Source: Bacilli bacterium
GTDB lineage: Bacteria; Bacillota_I; Bacilli_A; RFN20; CAG-826
Direction: 5' to 3'
DNA length: 46,666 nucleotides
NCBI GenBank assembly: GCA_017542885.1
Contig: JAFXWH010000131.1
Location: 1-46,666, forward strand
The notes under the pieces were generated by a model. It worked only from the letters and a program-made list of their open reading frames with translations. It did no database searches and was not told where the DNA came from. Of this stretch, positions 1 through 9,965 are shown in pieces. A program made the position numbers and the translations under genes. Each line of letters begins with the position of its first letter. Within the stretch, counting starts at the first letter, position 1.

Positions 1-767
1 AAGTTTTCGACCTGAATTCTTAAATTCTCACGGGTTTTGTCAGGTTTTTTGAGAATTTTGATCTTCGCTAAGAAGCCGATGCCGTAGTGCATGATGAAGT
101 TATGGAACTTGTGGGAATAGCTCATTAAGAAGAGCAAAAGGATGACCGCGACGTTGACCGCGAAGCCAAGGATGATGAGAGGAAGCATCGTGATGGTGCC
201 ATCCCATCCGAAGAGGGAGAAGTTCTCGATCTTGAAGGATTTGATGGACCAGATATCGTTCCACTCAAAGATGAGGGCGAAGACGTCGAAGATAATGAGG
301 GCGGTTTGGTAAAGGATGAACCACATGACCATGATGGATGCGGCGTTCGAAACCTCGATGCCCTGCTTCTTCATCGTGTAGACCTGCATGACCTGACCGC
401 CGCTCGCGCCAGGAGTGACGTTGTTATAGAAGGCGCCGATCATCGCGTTGGCCAAGCCTTGGTGGAAGTAGTACTTCCTGGTATAAAGACGGCAGAAAAC
501 AAGAATGATGAGGGCCTCAATGCAGTAGGAAAGGAACATGAGGCCAGCGATAACGGCAAGCCAAAGAGGATCGCCATTCGCGAGAGCGTTTCCGATGATG
601 CCAAAACCTTTCTGGATGTCGCCTTCACCTGCGGAGTAAAGCGAAAGAACCAAAGAAAGAATGGTCAAGAAAGTGACGAGGAGAAGGCTGAAAACAGCCG
701 TCTTTTTACTCGACTTCGGTTTTTCTTTTTTGGGAGCTTCGAATATGAATTGCTCTTTTTTCGCCAT
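1..767 (-). CDS. Integral membrane protein, UPF0104 / lysylphosphatidylglycerol-synthase-TM (flippase-like) family. N-terminal part only; the gene runs off the left edge.
   Basis: My own minus-strand translation from the ATG at 767-765 gives MAKKEQFIFEAPKKEKPKSSKKTAVFSLLLVTFLTILSLVLSLYSAGEG... and stays open to position 1. It has several hydrophobic helices and an NNVTPGASGGQVMQVY motif typical of this family. It is absent from the ORF track because there is no stop in the window. Confidence 0.55.
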   Translation of the reverse strand, partial: MAKKEQFIFEAPKKEKPKSSKKTAVFSLLLVTFLTILSLVLSLYSAGEGDIQKGFGIIGNALANGDPLWLAVIAGLMFLSYCIEALIILVFCRLYTRKYYFHQGLANAMIGAFYNNVTPGASGGQVMQVYTMKKQGIEVSNAASIMVMWFILYQTALIIFDVFALIFEWNDIWSIKSFKIENFSLFGWDGTITMLPLIILGFAVNVAVILLLFLMSYSHKFHNFIMHYGIGFLAKIKILKKPDKTRENLRIQVEN

Positions 768-778
768 AGATAAAAACG

Positions 779-803
779 TTTAGTCTCAATTTCGAGACTA
801 AAA
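779..803 (-). terminator. Intrinsic terminator after the SNF2 gene
   Basis: Inverted repeat TTAGTCTC-aatttc-GAGACTAA. On the minus strand a T-rich tract follows. It lies between the SNF2 stop (852) and the next gene's start (767). Confidence 0.55.
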
Positions 804-851
804 GAATTCTAGCACGAGTATCGCGTTAGATACACCTACGCGTGTATGAGC

Positions 852-3800
852 CTAGCTGAGAAGGAACTTAATATCTTCGATATTGAGCCTAGAAATGGCT
901 TCGTCTCCGCTTTTGATTACTTGATTATAAAGCTCACGCTTGTTTTCTTGAAGTTGAACGACCTTCTCTTCGATCGAATTGTGGCAAATCAGTTTCACAA
1001 CGGAAACTGGCCTCTTCTGTCCAATGCGGTAAGCGCGGTCTGTGGCCTGCTCTTCCGCAGCGACGTTCCACCATGGGTCGAGATGGAGGACGATGTCCGC
1101 TCCATGGAGGTTAAGACCGGTGCCTCCAGCCTTAAGGGAAACGAGCATAACGTTGACGTCGTTCTTGGTGTTGAAAGACTCGGCCATGCTAAGTCGATCA
1201 TCGGCTTCGACACCGCCATAAATGTAGTAGGATTTCGTTCCTGCTTCTTTTAAAAGAAGGGAGAGGTGATCGAGGACCTTTGTGAAGGATGAGAAGACAA
1301 GGACTTTGTGTCCTGCTTCTAAGGCCACGCTTATATAAGAGAGGGCGTACATCATCTTGGCGGATTCCTCGCTGAAACCATCAAGGAACGCGGATGGGTC
1401 AACGCAGACTTCACGGAGTCTAGTGAGCAATGGCAAAACGGAGAAGAGACCTTTCTCGGAATACTTGTCTCCCTTGGTCGGGTCTTCCCTCTTCTGCTTT
1501 ATCTTGTTCCTCGTGTCGATGAGGATGGCGTCGTAATACCTTCTCGCCTCGTCGTTCATCGTGATGGTGATGATCTCGGTTGTCTTCTTCGGGAGGTCTT
1601 TAAGAACTTCCGCTTTGGTTCTTCTGAGGAGGAATGGAGTGATCTTCTTCGATAATGACGCTCTGGCTTTAACCTGATCTCCAGCAAGGATGTATCTTGT
1701 CTTGAAGATATTGAAAGAATCGAGATATCCAGGCATCAAAAAGTCAAATATCGCCCACAAATCAGCCATGGAATTCTCAATTGGGGTACCCGTGAGAGCA
1801 AATCTAGAGGAGGCGTTCAAGGCACGTACTGCCTTAGATTTAAGGGCGGCGCCGTTCTTGATGTACTGAGCCTCATCGACGATAAGAATCTCGAACTGTT
1901 TGTTCTTATAAAGAGCCTCGTCGTTTCTGAGCGAGTCATATGAGGTGATGAAGAAGGATTTCTTGTTGTTCTTGATCTTGGCGATAGCCTTGATTCTCTC
2001 GTCCTTCGTTCCATCGATGACGGAAGCTTCAAGCTCTGGTGCCCAGCGTTTGAATTCACTAAGCCAGTTATAGATGACGCTCTTTGGAGCGATGATGAGG
2101 GATGGCTTATCTTCGCTAAGTCCTTCCAAGAAGGAAATGACCTCAAGAGTCTTTCCTAAGCCCATATCATCGGCAAGGATTCCGCCTAAACGATACTTAT
2201 GGAGAACGGAAAGCCATTTGATACCGGCTTCTTGATATGGCCTCACAACGCGTTTGACTTCTTTGGTTAGAGAAATCTCCGCCTCCTTGAAGTTAGAAAT
2301 GTCATCGACGATCTGACCGACGAATTCATTGAACTCAATCTTGGTTCCTTCTTCTTCGAGAGCGAGTAATTTGAAGGCTTCGTAGATTGGCTGTTCCTCC
2401 ACTTCCATCTTGTTGTCCATCTTCACGGACTCTTTGATTTCGGAGGCAGTGCTTAAATCCTCATCCTTCAATAGGATGTAGTCGCCACGGAGGAGAACGT
2501 ATTTCTTCTTCTTTTTGTAAGAGTCGAGGATCTTTGAGATCTCTTCTGCGCTGAATTGTTTAGATTTGATGGAGACCGAAAGCCAGTTGATGTTGTTCCT
2601 GATGCTTACAGAGAAAGAATCAGGTCTTCTGACTTTGGCGTTCTGGAGTTTTTCTGAAAGAAGAACATCGGCGATGCTCTTGAGCTTTGTGAGATCTTGC
2701 TGCAAGAACTTAAGGATCTTGTCCTGGTCTTTGAGAGCGCCGTTCTCAAGGCCTCCGACGTTCTCAAGCTCTTTATCGAATGCGCTTAATGTGGCCTTGT
2801 AGTAATAATTGTCATCAAACTCATCCCTGTCTTTGATTTCACCAAAGAGGCTATAGATGGTTCTGAAGGTGATATGACCTTCTTCATTCATGTCGAGATA
2901 GAGGGCGATACGGAGTCTGTTCTCTTCTTTCGGCATAGTTCCGTTAAGGGAGTATTCCAAAGGAATCTTCTCGAAAATGATGTCTTTGATAGCGGAGAGA
3001 TCAACGTCTTTATGCTCTAAGAAGAACGCGTACACCTTGCCCATCGTCTCGTTCGCAAATTTATAGACCTCGATGAGACCCGCTCCTTTATCAAGGAGAA
3101 TGATGTACTCGGAATTGACGAAACTTCTGAACATCTCAACCGTTCTAAGAGGCGGCTGAAATTCCAGTTCCTCGGTAGGAAGGACTTTGTATCCGGCTTG
3201 ATGCATCTCAGAGTCGACGTAGAACTGATCGCTTCCGAAATGAACATATTTGCCACGGACGATATTCAAAAGCTTAGCGACCTGGCTGATGCTTAAGGTA
3301 ACTGGGGTGCTGGTGTTATATTCCTGTCTGCGGTTACAGACATTCACGAAGAACTTAAGGATCTCAAGGCTCGTCTCATCAAAAACTTCAGGAGATGGCA
3401 TGAGGGAATATCTTCTGAACTTATAGACCTCACCGTTAACGAAACAGCTGATAAAGGTCTTAAGGTTCTCAATCTTGATGGATTTGTCATCCTCGTCATT
3501 GAGAACGATCTCAGCGGTGAACTTATTCTCATCAATGATTTGTCTGAAGGTCAAAGCGACCTCAATCTTTCCAAGCGGAGTGTACTTCTCTTCTTCCTCT
3601 TCTTTGGCTTTTTTCTTCTCATCAACCTTGATAAAAGCCAAAAAATCCTTGCGAATCCTTGCTCTTTTTTCAATTTGTGAGGAAGAAAGAGGGAGTATTG
3701 GCTTAATCAAATTAGCGATTGGCTTATAGATTTCGGTTAGCTCACTCATTGAGGCTTTCATCTCTTTTTCGTAGAGATAGACATAGAGGGCTTTCTGCTC

Positions 3801-4070
3801 AGCAAGGAGACCTACGAAGGAAGAGTTCCTGTCGATGTGCTCCACCGCTTTACCATCGCCTGCTACTTCGAGATAGATGTAACGGGATTCATTTGGCGTT
3901 GAGTCTCTGGAGTAGGCTTCATAGACAATCGCTTCGTTATCTTTGTCGTAGGAGAGAGCAATTCCAAAAGCACCCTTCTCTAAGAGAGCGAGCGTCTCCA
4001 TGACTAGAGGGTTCTTTTTGTATTCAGCGCAAAGCGCTTTCCCTATTTGCCCAGCCTTAGTGAGAAACAT
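852..4070 (-). CDS. SNF2-family DEAD/DEAH-box ATPase/helicase (YwqA-like), 1072 aa
   Basis: ATG at 4070. SNF2 motifs are present: GGILADDMGLGKT (I), ILIVDEAQYIKN (II), LTGTPIEN (III), LKAGGTGLNL and QATDRAYRIGQKRPV (V-VI). It has a ~560-aa N-terminal extension as in bacterial SNF2 proteins. Confidence 0.9.
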   Translation of the reverse strand: MFLTKAGQIGKALCAEYKKNPLVMETLALLEKGAFGIALSYDKDNEAIVYEAYSRDSTPNESRYIYLEVAGDGKAVEHIDRNSSFVGLLAEQKALYVYLYEKEMKASMSELTEIYKPIANLIKPILPLSSSQIEKRARIRKDFLAFIKVDEKKKAKEEEEEKYTPLGKIEVALTFRQIIDENKFTAEIVLNDEDDKSIKIENLKTFISCFVNGEVYKFRRYSLMPSPEVFDETSLEILKFFVNVCNRRQEYNTSTPVTLSISQVAKLLNIVRGKYVHFGSDQFYVDSEMHQAGYKVLPTEELEFQPPLRTVEMFRSFVNSEYIILLDKGAGLIEVYKFANETMGKVYAFFLEHKDVDLSAIKDIIFEKIPLEYSLNGTMPKEENRLRIALYLDMNEEGHITFRTIYSLFGEIKDRDEFDDNYYYKATLSAFDKELENVGGLENGALKDQDKILKFLQQDLTKLKSIADVLLSEKLQNAKVRRPDSFSVSIRNNINWLSVSIKSKQFSAEEISKILDSYKKKKKYVLLRGDYILLKDEDLSTASEIKESVKMDNKMEVEEQPIYEAFKLLALEEEGTKIEFNEFVGQIVDDISNFKEAEISLTKEVKRVVRPYQEAGIKWLSVLHKYRLGGILADDMGLGKTLEVISFLEGLSEDKPSLIIAPKSVIYNWLSEFKRWAPELEASVIDGTKDERIKAIAKIKNNKKSFFITSYDSLRNDEALYKNKQFEILIVDEAQYIKNGAALKSKAVRALNASSRFALTGTPIENSMADLWAIFDFLMPGYLDSFNIFKTRYILAGDQVKARASLSKKITPFLLRRTKAEVLKDLPKKTTEIITITMNDEARRYYDAILIDTRNKIKQKREDPTKGDKYSEKGLFSVLPLLTRLREVCVDPSAFLDGFSEESAKMMYALSYISVALEAGHKVLVFSSFTKVLDHLSLLLKEAGTKSYYIYGGVEADDRLSMAESFNTKNDVNVMLVSLKAGGTGLNLHGADIVLHLDPWWNVAAEEQATDRAYRIGQKRPVSVVKLICHNSIEEKVVQLQENKRELYNQVIKSGDEAISRLNIEDIKFLLS

Positions 4071-5556
4071 GCGTCACCTCGTATGGGTAAAAACCCGCTT
4101 TAGAAAGCATATTGTTACGGCCTGCGATTGAGAGCCAGATAGAACGGTATTCGTTATTCGAAGAGATGCTCTTTAGGATGAGAGGCTCAAACATAGCCGT
4201 ATCCAAAGAGAAGTCGTGAGAGTAATCGAGATAGAGAAGGCCATAGAAGAGGTCATCCATCATTTCCCTGTTCTTGGCTTTTGGGTCTGAGAGTTTCTTT
4301 TTGATGAGATTGATGACTTTGTCTTTGGTTTCCTCATCGATATCCTCACGGCAAAGATAGACTTCCTTGCAGGAAAGCTTCTTGATTGAAAGGGAGCGCA
4401 TATGCTCAGGGAAGAGAGAGCCATCGCGAAGAAGTACGGCGTTGAGGAATGACTTATTAGCCAAGGTTGGCGAGATTCTTGGGGCGAGTTCTTTGAATCT
4501 CTTGTCACTGAGGAACTTCCTTAAGCGAAGATAGGAATCGAAATCGCTGTCGAACTCATAGAAGGCATCAAGAAGGAAAGCCTCTGCTTCTTCTTCATGG
4601 CCCATCTTCACAAGATATTCGTAAGTGGATTCAGGAATGTATTTCTGGTTGTGATTCTTGTTGAGGAACTTCACAAGCCTCGTGATGGAGCCAAGGTCTT
4701 TGAGACTAAGGGCTGCCTCGAGAGCCTTCTTATAGAAAAGTGGATTCGAGGACAATGGAACATTATCGATAAGGGCAACCGCGAAAGGCGGGAAGATCGG
4801 AAGGTCTCCTCCAGGGGTTTTGACCGCACTGCTGTTGAGAAGGGAAACGGCGATATCCTTGTCCGTGTCGTAGACCTTCATGAAACCGACTTGAGCAGCA
4901 TAAGAATACTTCTCTTCCATAAGAAAGGCATTGAAGACCTCACCTAGAGAATAGGCACTTAATCCATCTGCGGTCTTGAGTGTGTTCGCGATGAAATCGC
5001 ATAACTGCTCTTGGCTGTAACGTAAGTTGTCGATGGCCTCGACGAAACATCTATTAACCCCACCGCCTACATCTCCGTAGTAGAAGGATTTGTAACACGT
5101 GGATGCGTATAAGGACGTGGCTTTATCTAATTCCTCAGGAGTCAATTTGGCCCTTAAGGCAATAAGCTCTTCTTTCGCTCTACGAAGACCATCAAGGGAT
5201 TTCCTCTGATAAGCGGCCTCAATCGAATCGACGATTCTCTTATATGTTCCTTCTTCGATTCCCTTAACCTTCTTCTCAAGCTCTTTGGCTTCAGAATCGC
5301 TTAGAGCAAGAAGGACAGCGGCTTCGTGTTTGCAGTCATGCGGATATGGGCAAGAGCATTCCATGCTTTCGACATTGCCATCGATCCCGAAAACAATGTG
5401 GACTTTGTAGGCTTTCCCCTTTGATCCTTCGACTGATGCATGAACATGATTCTGCGTATTCAAAATGATGCGGACTTTGCCGTTCTTGAAGTAGTCTTTT
5501 CCCCTGGCGATTATCTCAGGAGCAAATTGTGTGAGTTTGTTTGAATACAGTTTCAC
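4057..5556 (-). CDS. SWIM zinc-finger domain protein (YwqB-like), 499 aa
   Basis: SWIM signature C67-S-C69-PYPHD-C75-K-H77 (CxCx5CxH), with a helical remainder. The start at 5556 is GTG, and there is no nearby in-frame ATG. The stop (4057-4059) overlaps the SNF2 start by 14 nt. Confidence 0.8.
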   Translation of the reverse strand: MKLYSNKLTQFAPEIIARGKDYFKNGKVRIILNTQNHVHASVEGSKGKAYKVHIVFGIDGNVESMECSCPYPHDCKHEAAVLLALSDSEAKELEKKVKGIEEGTYKRIVDSIEAAYQRKSLDGLRRAKEELIALRAKLTPEELDKATSLYASTCYKSFYYGDVGGGVNRCFVEAIDNLRYSQEQLCDFIANTLKTADGLSAYSLGEVFNAFLMEEKYSYAAQVGFMKVYDTDKDIAVSLLNSSAVKTPGGDLPIFPPFAVALIDNVPLSSNPLFYKKALEAALSLKDLGSITRLVKFLNKNHNQKYIPESTYEYLVKMGHEEEAEAFLLDAFYEFDSDFDSYLRLRKFLSDKRFKELAPRISPTLANKSFLNAVLLRDGSLFPEHMRSLSIKKLSCKEVYLCREDIDEETKDKVINLIKKKLSDPKAKNREMMDDLFYGLLYLDYSHDFSLDTAMFEPLILKSISSNNEYRSIWLSIAGRNNMLSKAGFYPYEVTHVSH

Positions 5557-5673
5557 GAGGATATCTTATACCCTCATCCGTTACTAGCAAAATCTTTTAA
5601 ATCGTCGAAATTTGTTATTTTTGAACCTGTACTCGCTTTCAAAAACTGAAAAATGCTATACTGAACCTCGTTT

Positions 5674-6384
5674 ATGAGACAGAAAACAAGAATACTAAGC
5701 TGCTATTGTGACAAGACCGGAAACTGCCGTCTTTCTCACCTTCTTAAGATCATCCAGGAAATAGGCGCAAGAGACATCGCCGCAAGAGGCTTTGGCAAAG
5801 ACAAGATCTTCGACCAGGGCATGCGTTGGGTCATCTCGAGAATCGCCACAAAGGTGAACCGCATCCCTGCTTATGATGAGGAGATCGAGGTCGTCACCTT
5901 CCCAGAGCCACCGAAATGGTTCTTCCTCCCTCGTTACACCGTCGTTCTCGATAAGGATGGCAACGTCCTTCTTGAAGACGAAACCATTTGGGCCGTCATC
6001 GACTCAAAGACCAGAAAGCCAGTCCTCCCGAGTCAGATCAATCTTGATATCGAATACAAAGACGAACGTGAAAAGACCTTAGCGGTCGATAGCAAAATCG
6101 TTCCTCTTGAGACGGATAAGACGCTCGACAGAAAGATCCTCTTCACCGACTGCGACATCAACCAGCACATGAACAACACCGTTTATGTGGAATGGGCCTG
6201 CGACCTTCTTGGAGGAGAATTCCTTAAGAGCAAGAAACTTGTCGATTGGCGTATGGCTTACCATACCGAAGCTATGGAAGGCGAGACCATCACGATGCGT
6301 TACGCCCTAAAGGACGACACCCTTTACGTCATCGGACAAGTAGGCGAAAGAAAAGTCTACGAAGTCTGGATGAAATTCGAATAA
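5674..6384 (+). CDS. Acyl-ACP thioesterase family protein, 236 aa
   Basis: ATG at 5674. The double hot-dog layout and the motif FTDCDINQHMNNTVYVEWACD are typical of bacterial acyl-[ACP] thioesterases (FatA/B-like). Confidence 0.75.
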   Translation: MRQKTRILSCYCDKTGNCRLSHLLKIIQEIGARDIAARGFGKDKIFDQGMRWVISRIATKVNRIPAYDEEIEVVTFPEPPKWFFLPRYTVVLDKDGNVLLEDETIWAVIDSKTRKPVLPSQINLDIEYKDEREKTLAVDSKIVPLETDKTLDRKILFTDCDINQHMNNTVYVEWACDLLGGEFLKSKKLVDWRMAYHTEAMEGETITMRYALKDDTLYVIGQVGERKVYEVWMKFE

Positions 6385-6406
6385 TCTCAGCAAAACCTAA
6401 ATATTT

Positions 6407-7627
6407 TTATGCTTGGGCGGAGGAAACTTCGCCCTTTTCTTGTAAGCGGCAGATGGCCATGAAGGCCGTATAGGCATCGTGTTTGACGATGAGGTTTGGT
6501 CCTTTTCTCTCAACGAGATTTCTCTCGGTTAAGTCTTTGATGATCTCCATGATCTTCTCGTCTTTCGCTATCTCGCCATAGATTGGGAGAGCCTCGTGTT
6601 CTTTGGATTCACCTTTGAAGATGGATTTGACGAGGTCGAGAGGAAGCCTATCGACATTGTCATTCAAAGCGAGTTCACAGAGAGTGACTATGGTCGCACT
6701 TTCTTCGAAAGAGAGATGAAGGGCATCAAGATATTCGGAAAGGTTCTTGTTCTGGAACTTCTCTAATATCTCAGCGTCAAACGGAAGAGGATCATCAGTG
6801 TAATTGAGAGCCTCTCTTGCTCCGCCTTCATAAGGAATCTCATCCATGAAGGTGTCGACTGGCTTCTCGCTTTCGTTTTTGATTTCGTAATCGTTCGCGT
6901 AGAGGATGCAGTCTGAGATATATGGGTTACACATCCTGCACTGATCGTTGAGGATATTGAAAGCTTCAATCGTATAGCCTTTGTTCAGCTTGTATAAGCC
7001 TAAGGTCGCATAGAAATATGAATCTTTTGCGAAGCAATAGTCATCAATGAACTCTCTAATCGCAATATCGTCGCCTAAGCCCACCAAGGCTTTGAAGAGG
7101 ATGCGCCTGGCTTTGTAGTTGTCTTTGATATCGAGCATGAGCATCTCTTTGCCTAGAGACACGGCGATCTGATATTCCCCTGCCATATAGAACTGCTCCA
7201 TAAGGGACTTGGTGAAACGGAGGAATGAGGCGGTCGTAGTCGTCTCAAAGAATTTGCCAATATAGGATTTGTAATTCTCATCCTTGGTGAAAAGGTCGAG
7301 GCCCTTGGTTTGAATATCTAAGCCCTTTGCGGCATATTCGTTGCTGTTCTTGGATTCGAGAGCGAGGAGCTCACTTCGAGCATCGAAGTTGAGAGGGTCA
7401 AGTTCGATGGCTTTCTTGAAACTGGCTTTGGCCTCTTCTTCGTTGAGAGTGTTCTCGCCTTCGTAGAAGGCTTTGTACGATTCTGAAACGTCTTCGCCTT
7501 TTTTCCCGAAAATTTCCGGATGGTTGGCTATATAAGGAGTGAGATCATCAAAAGTTTGGATCTCGTCCCTATGAGCGGCAGCGTATTCGCTCAAAATATA
7601 GATCATCTCGTCGGTCGTACGTTTCAT
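6407..7627 (-). CDS. Hypothetical cytoplasmic protein with TPR-like helical repeats, 406 aa
   Basis: Long clean ORF with ATG at 7627 and codon usage like its neighbours. An A-x-x-F-x-K-A-I-E-L-D-P stretch (ASFKKAIELDPLNFDA) resembles a TPR unit. I recognise no catalytic motif. Confidence 0.5.
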   Translation of the reverse strand: MKRTTDEMIYILSEYAAAHRDEIQTFDDLTPYIANHPEIFGKKGEDVSESYKAFYEGENTLNEEEAKASFKKAIELDPLNFDARSELLALESKNSNEYAAKGLDIQTKGLDLFTKDENYKSYIGKFFETTTTASFLRFTKSLMEQFYMAGEYQIAVSLGKEMLMLDIKDNYKARRILFKALVGLGDDIAIREFIDDYCFAKDSYFYATLGLYKLNKGYTIEAFNILNDQCRMCNPYISDCILYANDYEIKNESEKPVDTFMDEIPYEGGAREALNYTDDPLPFDAEILEKFQNKNLSEYLDALHLSFEESATIVTLCELALNDNVDRLPLDLVKSIFKGESKEHEALPIYGEIAKDEKIMEIIKDLTERNLVERKGPNLIVKHDAYTAFMAICRLQEKGEVSSAQA

Positions 7628-7735
7628 AACTAAGATGATTTTACCATTATTTCTCTTCCAATATCACTTAGCGAAAAAGCGTCAATTGGACGAAGCATAT
7701 ACTCTATGTATATAATTAGTCGTTTTCAAAACTAA

Positions 7736-9292
7736 ATGAATTTTACGAACAAACCTAAAGTCATAGTGGTCGGAGCTGGCGTTGCCGGTCTCACGACGGG
7801 GATCTATCTCCTCGACAATGGTTTTGACGTGGAAATTTACGAGAAACACTACGTCCCTGGCGGAGAATGCACCGGCTGGTATAGAAAAGGCCAGTACATC
7901 GATGGCTGCGCCCACTGGATCGTTGGTACTGAGCCGTCAAGCGAGCTCTACCCTCTTTGGGAGCATGTCGGCGCGTTTGATGGCAACCCAGAGGTTTTCC
8001 CAACCGAATACTTAACGAAATTCCAGCTAAGCGATGGCAGGTTCTTCACCTTCTATAGCGACCTCGACAAACTTGAGAATGAGTTCCTCACCTTCTTCCC
8101 AGAAGACAAGAGGGCCATCAAGAGATTCCTCAACACCGTCAAGGTCTATCGTTTCACCCACATCCCAGTCAAGAAGCCTCTCGACCTCATGAACTGGTTC
8201 CAATATATCGCCTATGGCCTTTCCCTTTTGCCGATGGCCTTACCATTCGCCCACTACAAGCACGTCTCGCTTGAAAGATATATCAGACACTTCAAGAACG
8301 AAGACCTTAAGAGCATCTTCTTAAGATTCCTCGATCCTGGATATAACATCCACTCCTTCTTCTATGTCTGCCAGACTTTCTCCAAAGGAGACGCTGGCGT
8401 TGTCGAAGGCGGTTCCCTTGCCATGATGCAAAGGGTTGCCGAGAACTTCAAAAGAAAAGGCGGAAAGCTTTTCCTTAGCACCCCAGTCGATGAGGTTCTT
8501 GTTAACAACAAGACCGTGTATGGCATCCGCTTAGCAAGCGGAGAAGAGCTCCGTGCCGACTATGTCGTCGCGGCCACTGACGCCCACTACACCCTTAATA
8601 GACTCCTCCGTGGCAAGGTCAAAGACAAAGGCTTCGAGAGACAGTTCAAAGACAGCGTTGCCAACCCTGTCCACTCCTCGATGATGCTTGCCTATAGAAC
8701 CACCCACAACATGACCGACTATCCACGCATGATGGATTTCATGATCGATGAGCCGTTCAACTGGATGGGTTGCCACTACAACCATTTCGCGATCAGAAAC
8801 TTCACCTTCGATAAGTCTCTCCCATCGAAGAATGGCGAGACCCTTTTGACCGTCCTTCTTCCAACAAATGAAGAGGTTTATCAGAGCCTCAAAGGCTTAA
8901 GCGCCGAAGAATATAAGAAAAAGAAAGCGGAATTTGCAGGGATTTTCACAAAATTGATCCTCGAAAAGACCGGTCTCAAAGAAGAAGAGCTCGAACTCCT
9001 CGATGTCACTTCCCCTCTCACCTACGAACGTTACACGAACGCCTATAAAGGCTCATACATGTCATTCGTCACCACTGACAAGACCCATGGCCTAATGCGT
9101 CCAGGCCTCATCAAAGGCTTAAAGAATTTTGTCATCGCCGGACAATGGATCATGCCTCCAGGAGGACTTCCAATCGCCCTCTTCTCTGGCAAGCATGCCG
9201 CCTACCGCATCACCAAGATGGCTGGCAAGAGATTCCTCAACAAAGAAGAAAAAGCCACCGCCCTCTTGAAACGTTTTTCGATTGGTCGTTAA
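7736..9292 (+). CDS. NAD(P)/FAD-dependent oxidoreductase, phytoene-desaturase/amine-oxidase-like, 518 aa
   Basis: N-terminal dinucleotide-binding motif VIVVGAGVAGLTTGIYL...EIYEKHYVPGG. Length and layout match CrtI-like flavoproteins. Confidence 0.75.
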   Translation: MNFTNKPKVIVVGAGVAGLTTGIYLLDNGFDVEIYEKHYVPGGECTGWYRKGQYIDGCAHWIVGTEPSSELYPLWEHVGAFDGNPEVFPTEYLTKFQLSDGRFFTFYSDLDKLENEFLTFFPEDKRAIKRFLNTVKVYRFTHIPVKKPLDLMNWFQYIAYGLSLLPMALPFAHYKHVSLERYIRHFKNEDLKSIFLRFLDPGYNIHSFFYVCQTFSKGDAGVVEGGSLAMMQRVAENFKRKGGKLFLSTPVDEVLVNNKTVYGIRLASGEELRADYVVAATDAHYTLNRLLRGKVKDKGFERQFKDSVANPVHSSMMLAYRTTHNMTDYPRMMDFMIDEPFNWMGCHYNHFAIRNFTFDKSLPSKNGETLLTVLLPTNEEVYQSLKGLSAEEYKKKKAEFAGIFTKLILEKTGLKEEELELLDVTSPLTYERYTNAYKGSYMSFVTTDKTHGLMRPGLIKGLKNFVIAGQWIMPPGGLPIALFSGKHAAYRITKMAGKRFLNKEEKATALLKRFSIGR

Positions 9293-9304
9293 TATTTATT
9301 CATC

Positions 9305-9865
9305 ATGAAAGAAATAGTAATGTCCCAAGAGGAGATTCTCTTAACGACCCAAAAAATGGGCGAAGAGATCACCAAAGTCTTAGAAAAAGAAGACAATATC
9401 CCAATCTGCTTAGTCGTTATGAGAGGAGCGATGGCTTTCGCCTCTGATCTTTTGAAACAAATAAAGACCAACGTCTTCGTGGATTACATCCATGTCTCTT
9501 CCTATGAAGGAACGACCACGAACGGCGTCATCCACCTTCACTTCGACGTCCAAAGCGATGTCAAAAATAAAACCGTCCTCATCATTGAGGATATCGTCGA
9601 CACAGGTTATTCGATGGAATACCTCATCGACCATATGAAAGCGTTAGGTGCTAGGAAAGTCTTAGTGGCTACCCTCTTCGACAAAAAGGTCAACCGCGTC
9701 GTCGATGTCCCGGTCGATTTCGTTGGAAAGGTCTTAGACAAAAATCAGTTCTTAGTCGGCTATGGCCTTGATTACAATGGCCTCCACCGCAACATCCCAT
9801 ACGTCTTCATCCCAACCGAGGAGGAAATAGCCTCCTGGGACAAGGACCTAAGGGAAAGGAAATAA
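9305..9865 (+). CDS. hpt: Hypoxanthine(-guanine) phosphoribosyltransferase
   Basis: PRPP-binding loop VLIIEDIVDTGYS and the C-terminal GYGLDYNGLHRNIPYV motif. Confidence 0.9.
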   Translation: MKEIVMSQEEILLTTQKMGEEITKVLEKEDNIPICLVVMRGAMAFASDLLKQIKTNVFVDYIHVSSYEGTTTNGVIHLHFDVQSDVKNKTVLIIEDIVDTGYSMEYLIDHMKALGARKVLVATLFDKKVNRVVDVPVDFVGKVLDKNQFLVGYGLDYNGLHRNIPYVFIPTEEEIASWDKDLRERK

Positions 9866-9868
9866 CCG

Positions 9869-9891
9869 AAACCGCGCTAAGGCGGTTTTTT
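9869..9891 (+). terminator. Intrinsic terminator after hpt
   Basis: AACCGC-gctaag-GCGGTT stem-loop followed by TTTTT. Confidence 0.7.
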
Positions 9892-9965
9892 ATTGTCTGT
9901 TTCGCCATTCCAACGCTTTAAGTATTTTTAAAAACGCTTTTTAGGCAAACAAGCGGTTGGGGTCT

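Noticed and set aside
306-773. 155-aa plus-strand ORF from the track
   Set aside because: Its sequence is low-complexity and implausible. It lies antisense to a much more convincing minus-strand membrane-protein frame that is open from 767 to the window edge and carries a family motif.
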